The notes under the pieces: model-generated
Told to the model about the DNA's origin: nothing
The model's input: the letters and a program-made list of their open reading frames with translations, nothing else
The model's database searches: none
From: Macrostomum lignano
Taxonomy: Eukaryota
Reading direction: 5' to 3'
NCBI GenBank assembly: GCA_002269645.1
Contig: NIVC01000640.1
Span: forward strand, 1 to 64,000
Length of the DNA: 64,000 nt
Program-made: the position numbers and the translations under genes
Shown here: positions 49,694 through 62,880 of the stretch, piece by piece
How positions within the stretch are numbered: position 1 is the stretch's first letter
Layout: every line of letters begins with the position of its first letter

Positions 49694-52616
49694 TCAGGAC
49701 GGCACTGCTTGTGGCGTCTGCGGCGGCTTCAACAGCGGCATCTGGTGCCCAAGTTCGTCGTCTGCCAGTTCGGCTTCTTCGTGGGCACCGTTGACAGCGA
49801 TGGCGGCGACTGTCCCGTCGGGCTGCATGGTGGTGCAGAGCCCATTGTTGGTGTTGTGTGCCTGGCCGGAGCCGTTCGCATGGCAGCAGCAGCAGCGGCA
49901 AGTGAACATTCGGATCACGTGACTGCGGAAGTGCTTGTTCAAGCCGAAATAAATGAAGAAGTTGCAGCTGTAGCACAGCAGGTTGGGCGCGTTGGCCAGC
50001 AGTTTGTACTTGCGGTAGGTGAGGCACCGGTCCAGCGGGCAGCCCGGCGGGCAGCGGAAGATGATGCTGAACAGCTTGTGAAAGGAGAAGGCCTGCGGTA
50101 TCTGGCCGAACAGCACCAGGCCGATGACCATCACCAGCATGATGGTGAGGCGGCGCTGCGCAGCGTGCCGTCGCGAGTTGACGCTCGACCGTTTCAGAGG
50201 CGACACGACCTGCTGCTGCTGCGGCGGCGGCGCGGGCGGCTGCGGCTGCGAGTACTTCTTCATCTTGCGCGACTGGCGGCGCAGAGCGAAGATCAAACGG
50301 CAGTTGGCGACGGCCAGGAACACCAGCGGCAGGAACTGGGCGGCGCAGGCGCGCAGCCAGATGCAGATCTCGTACCAGACTGTGCTGTAGAAATAGGACG
50401 CTCTGCCGCCAACGAACGTCTCGTTGCCGTCGTGTCCGTAGTAGGCGCGCATGCCGAAGAATGAGAACAGATTGATGAGGCAGGCGATGCCGAGGATGCC
50501 CAGCGTCACCCGTATGGCATTTCTCGACGTGCACCAAGTCTTGGATATGTTGTAGTGCTTCATGGAGATGTAGCGTTCCAGGGCTAGGCAGACTATGAGC
50601 CAGACGCTGATGTTCTCGGTGATGTTGCCGATGGGGTTCAGGTAGTTGGACCACATGTAGTACATGTAGAGCTTGGTGTCCTTTAGAGGCTTCCAGCCTT
50701 TGGGTTTCCTGTGCGCGACGGGGATTTGGCTTATTGAAATCCTAGCAACCAAGCTGATGAAGCAGGAAATTTAACCGTGAATTAGAAGCCCAGTGATAAA
50801 TGGCGTGCGCCAAAGAAGGCTGAGACAGTCGGGGGAGTCTATTGTACTGACTCGAGGAGGAAACTGGTAGCTGAAATAGCTGAGAGAGCTGAAGTACAGC
50901 ATGAGATGCACAGATATTTCGATGCACTACTTGCTGCTTGACCGAAATACAGAAAAAACAGGCAATAAAAATGGGCATGATTGATATCATATTTTTTATT
51001 TTCCAGCACTTTTCTCTGGTAGAAAATTAGGCAGAAATTTCCCTCCCGCATCAACTCCTCTCTGTGCAGCCGAAGGCTGTTCCTATGCTATTCCCACGGG
51101 AGGCTGGTTGGCAGTTAGCTGTCACTCTCCGCCCTCATCTCTTTCTCGCTTACTCACTCGCTCACTGCCGAAATAATAATAATAAGCGAAGCTGATTAAT
51201 ATTAATGCTCCTCTATTTATTATAACCAACCCCCCCCCCTTCAGAAGCCACAGGCGCTGAAAAATCTGTAAAAGTCTCGTAAAATCTGTGCTGACAAAAA
51301 GCCCCCGGAGGACATGACAAACTGTCCCAGCGCTTCAATTGGTAAGGGATGGCCGACTCGGCGATTCCATAAATTAATTAAACTCGACGCCCAACTCAGA
51401 GGCTCCCATTGATTTTGCCCGGGATTTCGCTGAACCAGCAGCTGGTCCGCGTCCCGCCCCCGCCCTTGCAGCGTCACCGCCTCTCCTCCTCGTTTGGTGC
51501 CTCACTAAAAGGGAGGCAAAGGCGGAGAGGGTCGAGCAGGCAAACATTCGGCCTGGGAAACTGGATGCTGAGAGGAAAAACAAATAAATAAAATGGTCTC
51601 AAACTTGGAGTGGGGTCGAGCTGGGCTGGCCCTCCGAATCGATCCCAAGACCACCTTCTATTCTGGGCTTTTGAAGGAGACCACTGGCCACTGTCTTTTA
51701 TTGGTCTTTTCCCCAGCTTCTCTGGAGAAGATTCCGGTGATGAGGCGGGACACGGATTAGCTATTGATCCCGCTCTGCCGATCTTCCTAATTCCCCCGGC
51801 CTCCCTGGCCCTTGTTGGGGTGGCAAGTAGAAAGAAAACTGAAGCTTTGCTGCTTAGAGTGCAAGCTTATTGAGATGCGGAAAGATCAATATAGTCTGTT
51901 GGTGAGGCCTAACTAATGACCGCTAGTTAATTCTGCCTACATACAGCTATTCATGATATTGTATGACGAAAGCCTTTGCTTTGTAACAGTGTCTATGGTG
52001 TACAGTGTCTATGGGGTACAGTGTCTATGGGGTACAGTGTCTATGGGGTACAGTGTCTATGGGGTACAGTGTCTATGGGGTACAGTGTCTATGGGGTACA
52101 GTGTCTATGGGTACAGTGTCTTTGGGGTACAGTGTCTATGGGGTACAGTGTCTATGGGGTACAGTGTCTATGGGGTACAGTGTCTATGGGGTACAGTGTC
52201 TATGGGGTACAGTGTCTATGGGGTACAGTGTCTGGGTAGACAGTTCACTCTATCTATCGCTGAGAATTAACGACCCTTCTAATAAAATTTTTGACAGTCC
52301 CGCTCCTAGAGACAAGGCGCAACAAGAAGCAAAGTGCAGCCACTCACTCTCTCATGGCCATGACAAAGCACTCGGGCCACTTGACCACCAGATTGCAGAT
52401 GTCGGACAGGGCCAGCGCCCACATGAACACAAACGGAGCTCCTTTGAACTCCTTGCCAACAGAGAAAACTCCCATAGTGAGCCCGTTTAGGACCAGGCCG
52501 ATCGTGATAGTGCCCAGCTGGCACAGGTAGGCCGGGTGCTCAACGTCGACAGCGAACCAATCGAACTTTGGGCAGGAAATTCTGCTGCTGTTGCTTGAAG
52601 CGTTTTCAGCATTCAT
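49694..52616 (-). CDS. Class A peptide GPCR, FMRFamide-receptor-like; exons 52616-52348 and 50753-49694 (442 aa)
   Basis: Phase-2 GT-AG intron (GA|C gives Asp). TM1 GLVLNGLTMGVF, TM2 MWALALSDICNL, TM3 VWLIVCLALERY, TM6 RRLTIMLVMVIGLVLFGQIP, TM7 NFFIYFGLNKHFR, Cys-rich C-tail. Ligand not assignable. Confidence 0.88.
51985..52235 (+). repeat. 16-bp minisatellite GGGTACAGTGTCTATG, third copy (GPCR intron)
   Basis: Same unit as 46544-47276. Confidence 0.95.
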
Positions 52617-52689
52617 TGCGATTCCTGTGCGAGTGTGGGATCCGGTTTATTTTAGGATTTCGCTTGGTTCAGCCTGCTTGAGATACTTG

Positions 52690-53218
52690 AAGTGGACAGG
52701 CGTCTCTTGAAGTGCTTGAGACGGCTGGGTATGATGAGGGCGGACTCTTATAGGCTGTGCTTGAGACGGCTGGGTATGATGAGAACAGACTCTCATAGAC
52801 TGTGCTTGAGACGGCTGGGTATGATGAGGGCGGACTCTCATAGACTGTGCTTGAGACGCCTAGGAATGATGAGGACAGACTCTCATAGACTGTGCTTGAG
52901 GCGGCTGGGTATGATGAGGGCAGACTCTCATAGACTGTGCTTGAGACGGCTGGGTATGATGAGGGCGGACTCTCATAGGCTGTGATTGAGACGGCTGGGT
53001 ATGATGAGGGCAGACTCTCATAGACTGTGCTTGAGACGACTGGGTATGATGAGGGCGGACTCTCATAGGCTGTGATTGAGACGGCTGGGTATGATGAGGG
53101 CAGACTCTCATAGACTGTGCTTGAGACGGCTGGGTATGATATGGACAGACTCTCATAGACTGTGCTTGAGACGGCTGGGTATGATGAGGGCAGACTCTCA
53201 TAGACTGTGCTCGAGACA
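52690..53218. repeat. 45-bp minisatellite GAGACGGCTGGGTATGATGAGGGCGGACTCTCATAGACTGTGCTT
   Basis: About twelve units just upstream of the GPCR ATG. Confidence 0.95.
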
Positions 53219-53585
53219 TCTGGGATTCAAGAAGAGTCAGTTGAGAATTTATTTTTCCATTTGCTACGCAAAATTCTTGGCAATGCTAATTGTTTTGCAG
53301 CGTGCAGCAAGTGCACACGGAGTCCCCCCGGGAGCAAGTAGCAACTAAAAACTGGTGGGAAAAACTCCCTGAGGCCGAGTTTTCCTCAAATTGCTGTTAT
53401 ATTGGTATGAAGTATAAACTGATAAACTGATCAGCGACCAAGCAGAACATCTGCCTGAGGAGCCCTGTGAGCTCTTTACATTAGTGAAAAAATTATTTGA
53501 ATCCCCAGTTTCACCAAATAGTAGGCTTTCAGCCTTCAAAACAAAGCATGCCACTAGCCAGCAACTTCGATGCCTCTACGCTTAT

Positions 53586-53645
53586 AAATTGGCTCAGTGG
53601 TAAAACGCGCCGTGACCCCCCGGGTTCGATTCCGTCGGCGGCCAC
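53586..53645 (+). other. Degenerate tRNA-derived fragment (Pol III A and B boxes)
   Basis: TGGCTCAGTGG (53590-53600) and GGTTCGATTCC (53623-53633); spacing too short for an anticodon arm, so not a functional tRNA. Confidence 0.4.
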
Positions 53646-54139
53646 ATATAGCTAACATTGGAAACCGAAAACAAGTGCTTGTGTTAGATGAACTGAAATT
53701 CTGACATCCAAAATCGAAGAAGAAACTCTTGAAAAAGAGCCGCGCCTCGAAAAATAGATTGCTCGAACTCATCGAGCTCCCTGTCTGGCAGGGTCGGGAT
53801 ACGAGGCGGAAGAAGAGAAAAAGGGAAAAAACTTTCTGGCTTCAACGTAAAGCGTCCATCAGCACGAGAGTTTGAACTGACTGTTGACGTATTAATAATT
53901 AATTTGAGCAATCAGCTGGGGGCTCCTTCTGAGGGGGAGCCGCTGCTTCTCTGAGGATATGGGAAGGCGAAGGAGAGCCGGTAGAGCCAAGACGATGGAG
54001 AAGCAGTTTTTAGTTTGCTAAAACAGTTCTGTGGAAACAGCTTGCCGCTAGGCCTTGAAATTGAAACTGGGAGCTGCTTGGAGCTGGGAATTAATGCTTA
54101 GAAAGAAATTACAAAAGCATTATCCTCATTGTAGCATTT

Positions 54140-54590
54140 CTCTTACCCTCCACTTCCCTTACCCTCCACTTCCCTTACCCCCACTTCCCTTACCCTCCAC
54201 TTCCCTTACCCTCCACTTCCCTTACCCTCCACTTCCCTTACCCTCCACTTCCCTTACCCTCCACTTCCCTTACCCTCCACTTCCCTTACCCTCCACTTCC
54301 CTTACCCTCCACTTCCCTTACCCTCCACTTCCCTTACCCTCCACTTCCCTTACCCTCCACTTCCCTTACCCTCCACTTCCCTTACCCTCCACTTCCCTTA
54401 CCCTCCACTTCCCTTACCCTCCACTTCCCTTACCCTCCACTTCCTTACCCTCCACTTCCCTTACCCTCCACTTCTCTTACCCTCCACTTCCCTTACCCTT
54501 CACTTCCCTTACCCTCCACTTCCCTTACCCTCCATTTTCCTTACCCTCCATTTCCCTTTGCCTCCATTTTCGTTACCCTCCAATTCCCTA
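54140..54590. repeat. 16-bp pyrimidine-rich minisatellite CCCTCCACTTCCCTTA
   Basis: Tandem unit read directly. Confidence 0.96.
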
Positions 54591-55552
54591 AACTTCCATT
54601 CCCCAACCCTTCATTGCTTTAAAGCTCCAATGCTGCACCCTGGCTATCAGTAATCGCCAAACTCCGTAGGCAATTTGCATGTCACTAATTAGAGAGTTTT
54701 AAGTTGAAGACAAGAGAAGGTGCAAGTTCTATTAATACTAATATTTCAGCCGATAGAGAACAACTTGAAGTCACAGAAGAAGCAAGAGCTAGTCCCAAAT
54801 TTGAGTTAGCAAGCCAACAACTGCATAGAAGAAATTTTACTAAAAGCAAAGGCTCTCTACAATGCATTGTTTTCGGCGTGAATGGCAGGCACTTGCATCT
54901 TATTTACCCTCCCCCCTCCTACCGTCCAATTAGGCAAATATTCCCAATTATGGCTGGGAAACTGGCTGAGCCGCGATGCGGAGGAGGCTAAACTGAAGAA
55001 TTCCTTGCTGCTACTGTTGCTGCAAGTTGAGACAATGCCAGTCTTACGGCTGTCTAGGAGCGGGGACTGCCTGCCTAGCATTGGAAGGTTTTGGTGGGAG
55101 GCCAAAGCCACCCCATCCTAGCTCTTGTATTCCAGCAGCTAGCTGCTTTCGCGGCAGCAGCTAAAAGTGCAAGCAGATCGGGAATCCGACACTAGACGAG
55201 ACGGAGCAGCTTGGGGATGGGGATTTCGGGAGATAAGACATCCAAAAGTCTTAGTTGGCTGCCGAGGCCTCGCTGACAGCTGGAGCATAAATTTCCTAGA
55301 TTTGATGCTGCCGCAGCTCATGTCACGGCAATACTTTTTTTCAACTGCTGAAGTGAAACACTGTGGAGCTGTTTGATGGGACAGAAGATCAATGGCTTTT
55401 GTCTGAGCTCTGGGATTCAACCCCATTGTTCTGCCGCATTGTTGCGGGTCTGGGGAGGGGGGCAGTGGTGGACTCGTGTGGCTAATAACACAGTTTCTGC
55501 GCTTCACATTTACTGGGCTTTGTGAGGGCTTTTATTAGCATCAATGTGGACT

Positions 55553-58500
55553 GGAATGTTTGATAGCTGATGGGGATGTTTGATAGCTGATGGGGATGTT
55601 TGATAGCTGATGGGGATGTTTGATAGCTGATGGGGATGTTTGATAGCTGATGGGGATGTTTGATAGCTGATGGGGATGTTTGATAGCTGATGGGGATGTT
55701 TGATAGATGGTAGGGATGTTTGATAGCTGATGGGGATGTTTGATAGCTGATGGGGATGTTTGATAGCTGATGGGGATATTTGATAGCTGATGGGGATGTT
55801 TGATAGCTGATGGGGATGTTTGATAGATGGTAGGGATGTTTGATAGCTGATGGGGATGTTTGATAGCTGATGGGGATGTTTGATAGCTGATGGGGATGTT
55901 TGATAGCTGATGGAGAAATTTGATAGCTGATGGGGATATTTGATAGCTGATGGGGATTTTTGATAGCTGATGGGGATGTTTGATAGCTGATGGGGATGTT
56001 TGATAGCTGATGGGGATGTTTGATAGCTGATGGGGATATTTGATAGCTGATGGGGATGTTTGATAGCTGATGGGGATGTTTGATAGCTGATGGGGATATT
56101 TGATAGCTGATGGGGGTGTTTGATAGCTGATGGGGATGTTTGATAGCTGATGGGGATGTTTGATAGCTGATGGGGATGTTTGATAGCTGATGGAGAAATT
56201 TGATAGCTGATGGGGATATTTGATAGCTGATGGGGATTTTTGATAGCTGATGGGGATGTTTGATAGCTGATGGGGATGTTTGATAGCTGATGGAGAAATT
56301 TGATAGCTGATGGGGATATTTGATAGCTGATGGGGATTTTTGATAGCTGATGGGGATGTTTGATAGATGGTAGGGATGTTTGATAGCTGATGGGGATGTT
56401 TGATAGCTGATGGGGATGTTTGATAGCTGATGGGGATGTTTGATAGCTGATGGAGAAATTTGATAGCTGATGGGGATATTTGATAGCTGATGGGGATTTT
56501 TGATAGCTGATGGGGATATTTGATAGCTGATGGGGATATTTGATAGCTGATGGGGATATTTGATAGCTGATGGGGATATTTGATAGCTGATGGGGATATT
56601 TGATAGCTGATGGGATATTTGATAGCTGATGGGGATGTTTGATAGCTGATGGGATATTTGATAGCTGATGGGGATATTTGATAGCTGATGGGGATGGTTG
56701 ATAGCTGATGGGGATATTTGATAGCTGATGGGGATATTTGATAGCTGATGGGGATGTTTGATAGCTGATGGGGATGTTTGATAGCTGATGGGGATGTTTG
56801 ATAGCTGATGGGGATGTTTGATAGCTGATGGAGAAATTTGATAGCTGATGGGGATATTTGATAGCTGATGGGGATTTTTGATAGCTGATGGGGATGTTTG
56901 ATAGATGGTAGGGATGTTTGATAGCTGATGGGGATGTTTGATAGCTGATGGGGATGTTTGATAGCTGATGGGGATGTTTGATAGCTGATGGAGAAATTTG
57001 ATAGCTGATGGGGATATTTGATAGCTGATGGGGATATTTGATAGCTGATGGGGATATTTGATAGCTGATGGGGATATTTGATAGCTGATGGGGATATTTG
57101 ATAGCTGATGGGGATATTTGATAGCTGATGGGATATTTGATAGCTGATGGGGATGTTTGATAGCTGATGGGATATTTGATAGCTGATGGGGATATTTGAT
57201 AGCTGATGGGGATGGTTGATAGCTGATGGGGATATTTGATAGCTGATGGGGATATTTGATAGCTGATGGGGATGTTTGATAGCTGATGGGGATATTTGAT
57301 AGCTGATGGGGATGTTTGATAGTTGATGGGGATGTTTGATAGCTGATGGGGATATTTGATAGCTGATGGGGATGTTTGATAGCTGATGGGGATATTTGAT
57401 AGCTGATGGGGATGTTTGATAGCTGATGGGTATGTTTGATAGCTGATGGGGATATTCGATAGCTGATGGGGATATTTGATAGCTGATGGGGATGTTTGAT
57501 AGTTGATGGGGATGGTTGATAGCTGATGGGGATGGTTGATAGCTGATGGGGATATTTGATAGCTGATGGGGATATTTGATAGCTGATGGGGATGTTTGAT
57601 AGCTGATGGGGATGTTTGATAGTTGATGGGGATGTTTGATAGCTGATGGGGATATTTGATAGCTGATGGGGATATTTGATAGCTGATGGGGATATTTGAT
57701 AGCTGATGGGGATGTTTGATAGCTGATGGGGATGTTTGATAGCTGATGGGGATATTTGATAGCTGATGGGGATATTTGATAGCTGATGGGGATATTTGAT
57801 AGCTGATGGGGATATTTGATAGCTGATGGGGATGTTTGATAGCTGATGGGGATATTTGATAGCTGATGGGGATATTTGATAGCTGATGGGGATGTTTGAT
57901 AGCTGATGGGATATTTGATAGCTGATGGGGATATTTGATAGCTGATGGGGATGTTTGATAGCTGATGGGGATATTTGATAGCTGATGGGGATATTTGATA
58001 GCTGATGGGGATATTTGATAGCTGATGGGGATATTTGATAGCTGATGGGGATGTTTGATAGCTGATGGGGATATTTGATAGCTGATGGGGATGTTTGATA
58101 GCTGATGGGGATGTTTGATAGCTGATGGGGATGTTTGATAGCTGATGGGGATGTTTGATAGCTGATGGGGATATTTGATAGCTGATGGGGATGTTTGATA
58201 GCTGATGGGATATTTGATAGCTGATGGGGATGTTTGATAGCTGATGGGGATGTTTGATAGCTGATGGGGATGTTTGATAGCTGAAGGGGATATTTGATAG
58301 ATGGTAGGGATATTTGATAGATGGTAGGGATGTTTGATAAATGGTAGGGATGTTTGATAGATAGTAGGGATGTTTGATAAATGGTAGGGATGTTTGATAA
58401 ATGGTAGGGATGTTTGATAGATGGTAGGGATGTTTGATAAATGGTAGGGATGTTTGATAAATGGTAGGGATGTTTGATAAATGGTAGGGATGTTTGATAA

Positions 58501-58620
58501 ATGGTAGGGATGTTTGATAAATGGTAGGGATGTTTGATAAATGGTAGGGATGTTTGATAAATGGTAGGGATGTTTGATAAATGGTAGGGATGTTTGATAG
58601 ATGGTAGGGATGTTTGATTA
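55553..58620. repeat. 20-bp minisatellite TTTGATAGCTGATGGGGATG, ~3 kb
   Basis: Tandem unit read directly; explains both ~1050-aa ORFs. Confidence 0.98.
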
Positions 58621-58934
58621 GCGTGTTTGCAGAAAGAAAGCATTGGAGAGGTGAATGAAAATGCAGCTGATATATCAAATCACGATGCATGTAAGAACAT
58701 AATATCCGGGATCTGACAATTCTGCTTTCATTGAAACTGCTTTCAATAGCTGAATCGAGACAGAAAACACAATGAAAAGCAGCTCAAAGCAGAAAGGACT
58801 GTGGGACTTTCCCCTGCTTCTGTTCGAGACAAAACGTTTCTGATTTTTCAACGGAACTGATGGAGTGACCTGAAGTCTGCGCCGACTGCTTGAGATCGGT
58901 GTTGGCTGAAAAGTAAATCGGCCGCATTGTGACG

Positions 58935-60082
58935 ATTCTAGTAGATGACTGTAGGACCATCTAGTAGATGACTGTAGGACCATCTAGTAGATGACTGTAG
59001 GACCATCTAGTAGATGACTGTAGGACCATCTAGTAGATGACTGTAGGACCATCTAGTAGATGACTGTAGGACCATCTAGTAGATGACTGTAGGACCATCT
59101 AGTAGATGACTGTAGGACCATCTAGTAGATGACTGTAGGACCATCTAGTAGATGACTGTAGGACCATCTAGTAGATGACTGTAGGACCATCTAGTAGATG
59201 ACTGTAGGACCATCTAGTAGATGACTGTAGGACCATCTAGTAGATGACTGTAGGACCATCTAGTAGATGACTGTAGGACCATCTAGTAGATGACTGTAGG
59301 ACCATCTAGTAGATGACTGTAGGACCACCTTATAGACTGTAGGACCATCTAATAGATGACTGTAGGACCATCTAGTAGATGACTATAGGACCATCTAGTA
59401 GATGACTGTAGGACCATCTAGAAGATGACTATAGGACCCTCTAGTCGATGACTGTAGGACTATCTATTAGACGACTGTAGGACCATCTAGTAGATGACTG
59501 TAGGACTATTTATTAGATGACTGTAGGACCATCTAGTAGATGACTGTAGGACTATTTATTAGATGACTGTAGGACCATCTAGTAGATGACTGTAGGACCA
59601 TCTAGTAGATGACTGTAGGACTATCTATTAGATGACTGTAGGACCATCTAGTAGATGACTGTAGGACTATTTATTAGATGACTGTAGGACCATCTAGTAG
59701 ATGACTGTAGGACCATCTAGTAGATGACTGTAGGACCCTCTAGTAGATGACTATAGGACCCTCTAGTAGATGACTATAGGACCCTCTAGTCGATGACTGT
59801 AGGACTATCTATTAGACGACTGTAGGACTATCTATTAGATGACTGTAGGACTATCTATTAGATGACTGTAGGACTATCTATTAGATGACTGTAGGACCAT
59901 CTAGTAGATGACTGTAGGACCACCTTATAGACTGTAGGACCATCTAGTAGACGACTGTAGGACCATCTAGTAGACGACTGTAGGACCATGGTCCAATAGA
60001 TGGTCCAATCTAGGACCATCTAGTAGATGACTGTAGGACCACCTTTTAGACTGTAGGACCATCTAGTAGATGACTGTAGGAT
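58935..60082. repeat. 23-bp minisatellite GACCATCTAGTAGATGACTGTAG
   Basis: Tandem unit containing the palindrome CATCTA-G-TAGATG. Confidence 0.97.
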
Positions 60083-61667
60083 CCTTTGGTTGAGGGCTGA
60101 AAGAAACTCAGGTATTTGTTCCTACTGGCTCAAGCAGTTGATACTACGAGCAGAAATGCATTGCTTCTGGCAGCACGCGCCATTGTCCAGCGCAGATTTT
60201 CAGTCACTCATCAAGGACCAGGCCAATGCCACAGGCCAACAGGTTGCAATGCAAACACGCAGCCCCTGGCGGCGACTTCAAAGAGCAAGCAGTCTATACA
60301 TGTATTGGGGAAAATTTTGCATAGAAAAACAGAGTCAGGTAAAAATGACAATTTCAAATTCCATCAGCGGGCCACCTTCTTTTCTCAGTGTGCAGCGCAA
60401 ATTGGGACTGGCACGACCTCATGTACCTGCGGCAAGCGCTTTATAATAGAGCCTGCTGGTCCGGCTCCCTTCGCTTGCCATGTCTGTCTCGGCCGCATGT
60501 CTGGCGTTGACACAAACTGCGCCTGGCCCAGTAGCCGCGTGTTGCCTTTCAGTTTCCTAAGCTGCTCCGCTTTTTAGAGAGTGAGAGAGGCCCGAAGGCA
60601 GACTAAGGGTGCAGTACATTTCCCCCCCTGTCTGCTTCTGCCGCTCCTGCTGCCTCTCTCCTTCTGAAGCGCGTTTGCTTTGAAATTTTTGCTTGGAGGA
60701 ACCGTTTGGGGCCTGGGGCGGGACCGGAGCTAGGAGATTTTTCCGCGGATGATCGCTTTTGCAACGCTCCCCGCGCCTTGCCCGAACTGCCGTTCCAGTG
60801 AACGCCGCCGCCTCCGCGTCATCCATCACTGCAGCTGACCATCTTTTTCCCCATAGCAACTGCCCGACCCCAGCAACACTGACCCCTAGCTCTATGAATT
60901 CCACTTTTGCCTCTCACGTGCACAAGATGATATCCACCGACTATAACTTGTAGAAGAGGGGGGTGGGCGGTCTTAGCGATGCGATATCGCCATTCAAGGT
61001 GCGCTTAAATCAATTCCAGAGAGATAAGAGTTAATAAGAAGTCAATTTGTACAGCACGTGTGAAGGGCCGTCTGTACTAATCTATCTCAAAAAACCGCAT
61101 TTTCAGACAACTGTAGGCATTTTACTGAGCTTAGCATTTTGAGCAGTAGCCAATGAGTTACAAGCTAGTATTTTACAGAAATAGTTGAATGCACTAAACG
61201 TCATTAGAAATGATAATTTTTAGATTCGTCGCAGTCTTATTCAGTTAGCCTACAGTTGTCCGCAAAATGACTGTATGAAAAATAAATAATAAAACTCAAA
61301 AAAGTGCACAAAACTTCCGCCATGATCTTGGCTGATGTGATCGTGTCTAGAGAAGTGCATCATATAGCACTCCCCTCCATACACCTTCCCTTCCTCCCGG
61401 CATTTCGGACACTCGTGGCACTCCAATCTAGATATTCGGACTCGAGCTTCTCGGAGCAGAAAGTCGCCAGCGCGAGGCCTTTGGATGGATACCAAACCCT
61501 CGGGCCACTTCATCCGCTAAAGTCCACTTACGGTAGCCGCGTGCTGCTGAGATATTCAGCAGTCTGTCCAGTGCCCCATCTACATGCTTAGCTATAGATA
61601 TGAAATATTGTCTTTCTTGGAAATAGAGATTAGGGCCTGGGATAAACTGTGCCCTACTTGTTACTGT

Positions 61668-62880
61668 TGCTGCCTGCTTACCTGCTGATTGTGTCTAATT
61701 GGGTTGCTGCCTGCTTACCTGCTGATTGTGTCTAATTGGGTTGCTATCTGCTTACCTGCTGATTGTGTCTAATTGGGTTGCTACCTGCTTACCTGCTGAT
61801 TGTGTCTAATTGGGTTGCTACCTGCTTACCTGCTGATTGTGTCTAATTGGGTTGCTACCTGCTTACCTGCTGATTGTGTCTAATTGGGTCGGTACCTGCT
61901 TACTGACTGTGTCTAATTGGGTTGCTACCTGCTTACTGACTGTGTCTAATTGGGTTGCTATCTGCTTCTGACTGGGTCTAATTAGGTCGCTACCTGCTTA
62001 CTGACTGTGTCTAATTAGGTTGCTACCTGCTTACTGACTGGGTCTAATTGGGTTGCTACCTGCTTCTGACTGGGTCTAATTGGGTTGCTACCTGCTTACT
62101 GACTGTGTCTAATTGGGTTGCTACCTGCTTACTGACTGTGTCTAATTGGGTTGCTACCTGCTTACTGACTGTGTCTAATTAGGTTGCTTACTGACTGTGT
62201 CTAATTGGGTTGCTACCTGCTTACTGACTGTGTCTAATTGGGTTGCTACCTGCTTACTGACTGGGTCTAATTGGGTCGCTACCTGCTTACTGACTGTGTC
62301 TAATTGGGTTGCTACCTGCTTACTGACTGTGTCTAATTGGGTTGCTACCTGCTTACTGACTGTGTCTAATTGGGTTGCTACCTGCTTACTGACTGTGTCT
62401 AATTAGGTTTCTTACTGACTGTGTCTAATTAGGTTGCTTACTGACTGTGTCTAATTGGGTTGCTACCTGCTTACTGACTGTGTCTAATTGGGTTGCTACC
62501 TGCTTACTGACTGTGTCTAATTGGGTTGCTACCTGCTTACTGACTGTGTCTAATTGGGTTGCTACCTGCTTACTGACTGGGTCTAATTGGGTTGCTACCT
62601 GCTTCTGACTGGGTCTAATTGGGTTGCTACCTGCTTACTGACTGGGTCTAATTGGGTTGCTACCTGCTTCTGACTGGTTCTAATTGGGTCGCTACCTGCT
62701 TACTGACTGTGTCTAATTGGGTTGCTACCTGCTTACTGACTGAGTCTAATTGGGTTGCTACCTGCTTACTGACTGGGTCTAATTGGGTTGCTACCTGCTT
62801 ACTGACTGGGTCTAATTGGGTTGCTACCTGCTTCTGACTGGGTCTAATTGGGTTGCTACCTGCTTCTGACTGGGTCTAAT
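61668..62880. repeat. 33-35 bp minisatellite CTGTGTCTAATTGGGTTGCTACCTGCTTACTGA
   Basis: Tandem unit read directly. Confidence 0.96.

Noticed and set aside
52690-53218. C/D-box snoRNA cluster (ATGATGA in each unit)
   Set aside because: No D box (CTGA) or terminal stems; simple tandem repeat.
55482-58690. Two ORFs of ~1050 aa
   Set aside because: Translations of a 20-bp tandem repeat in overlapping frames; no unique coding content.
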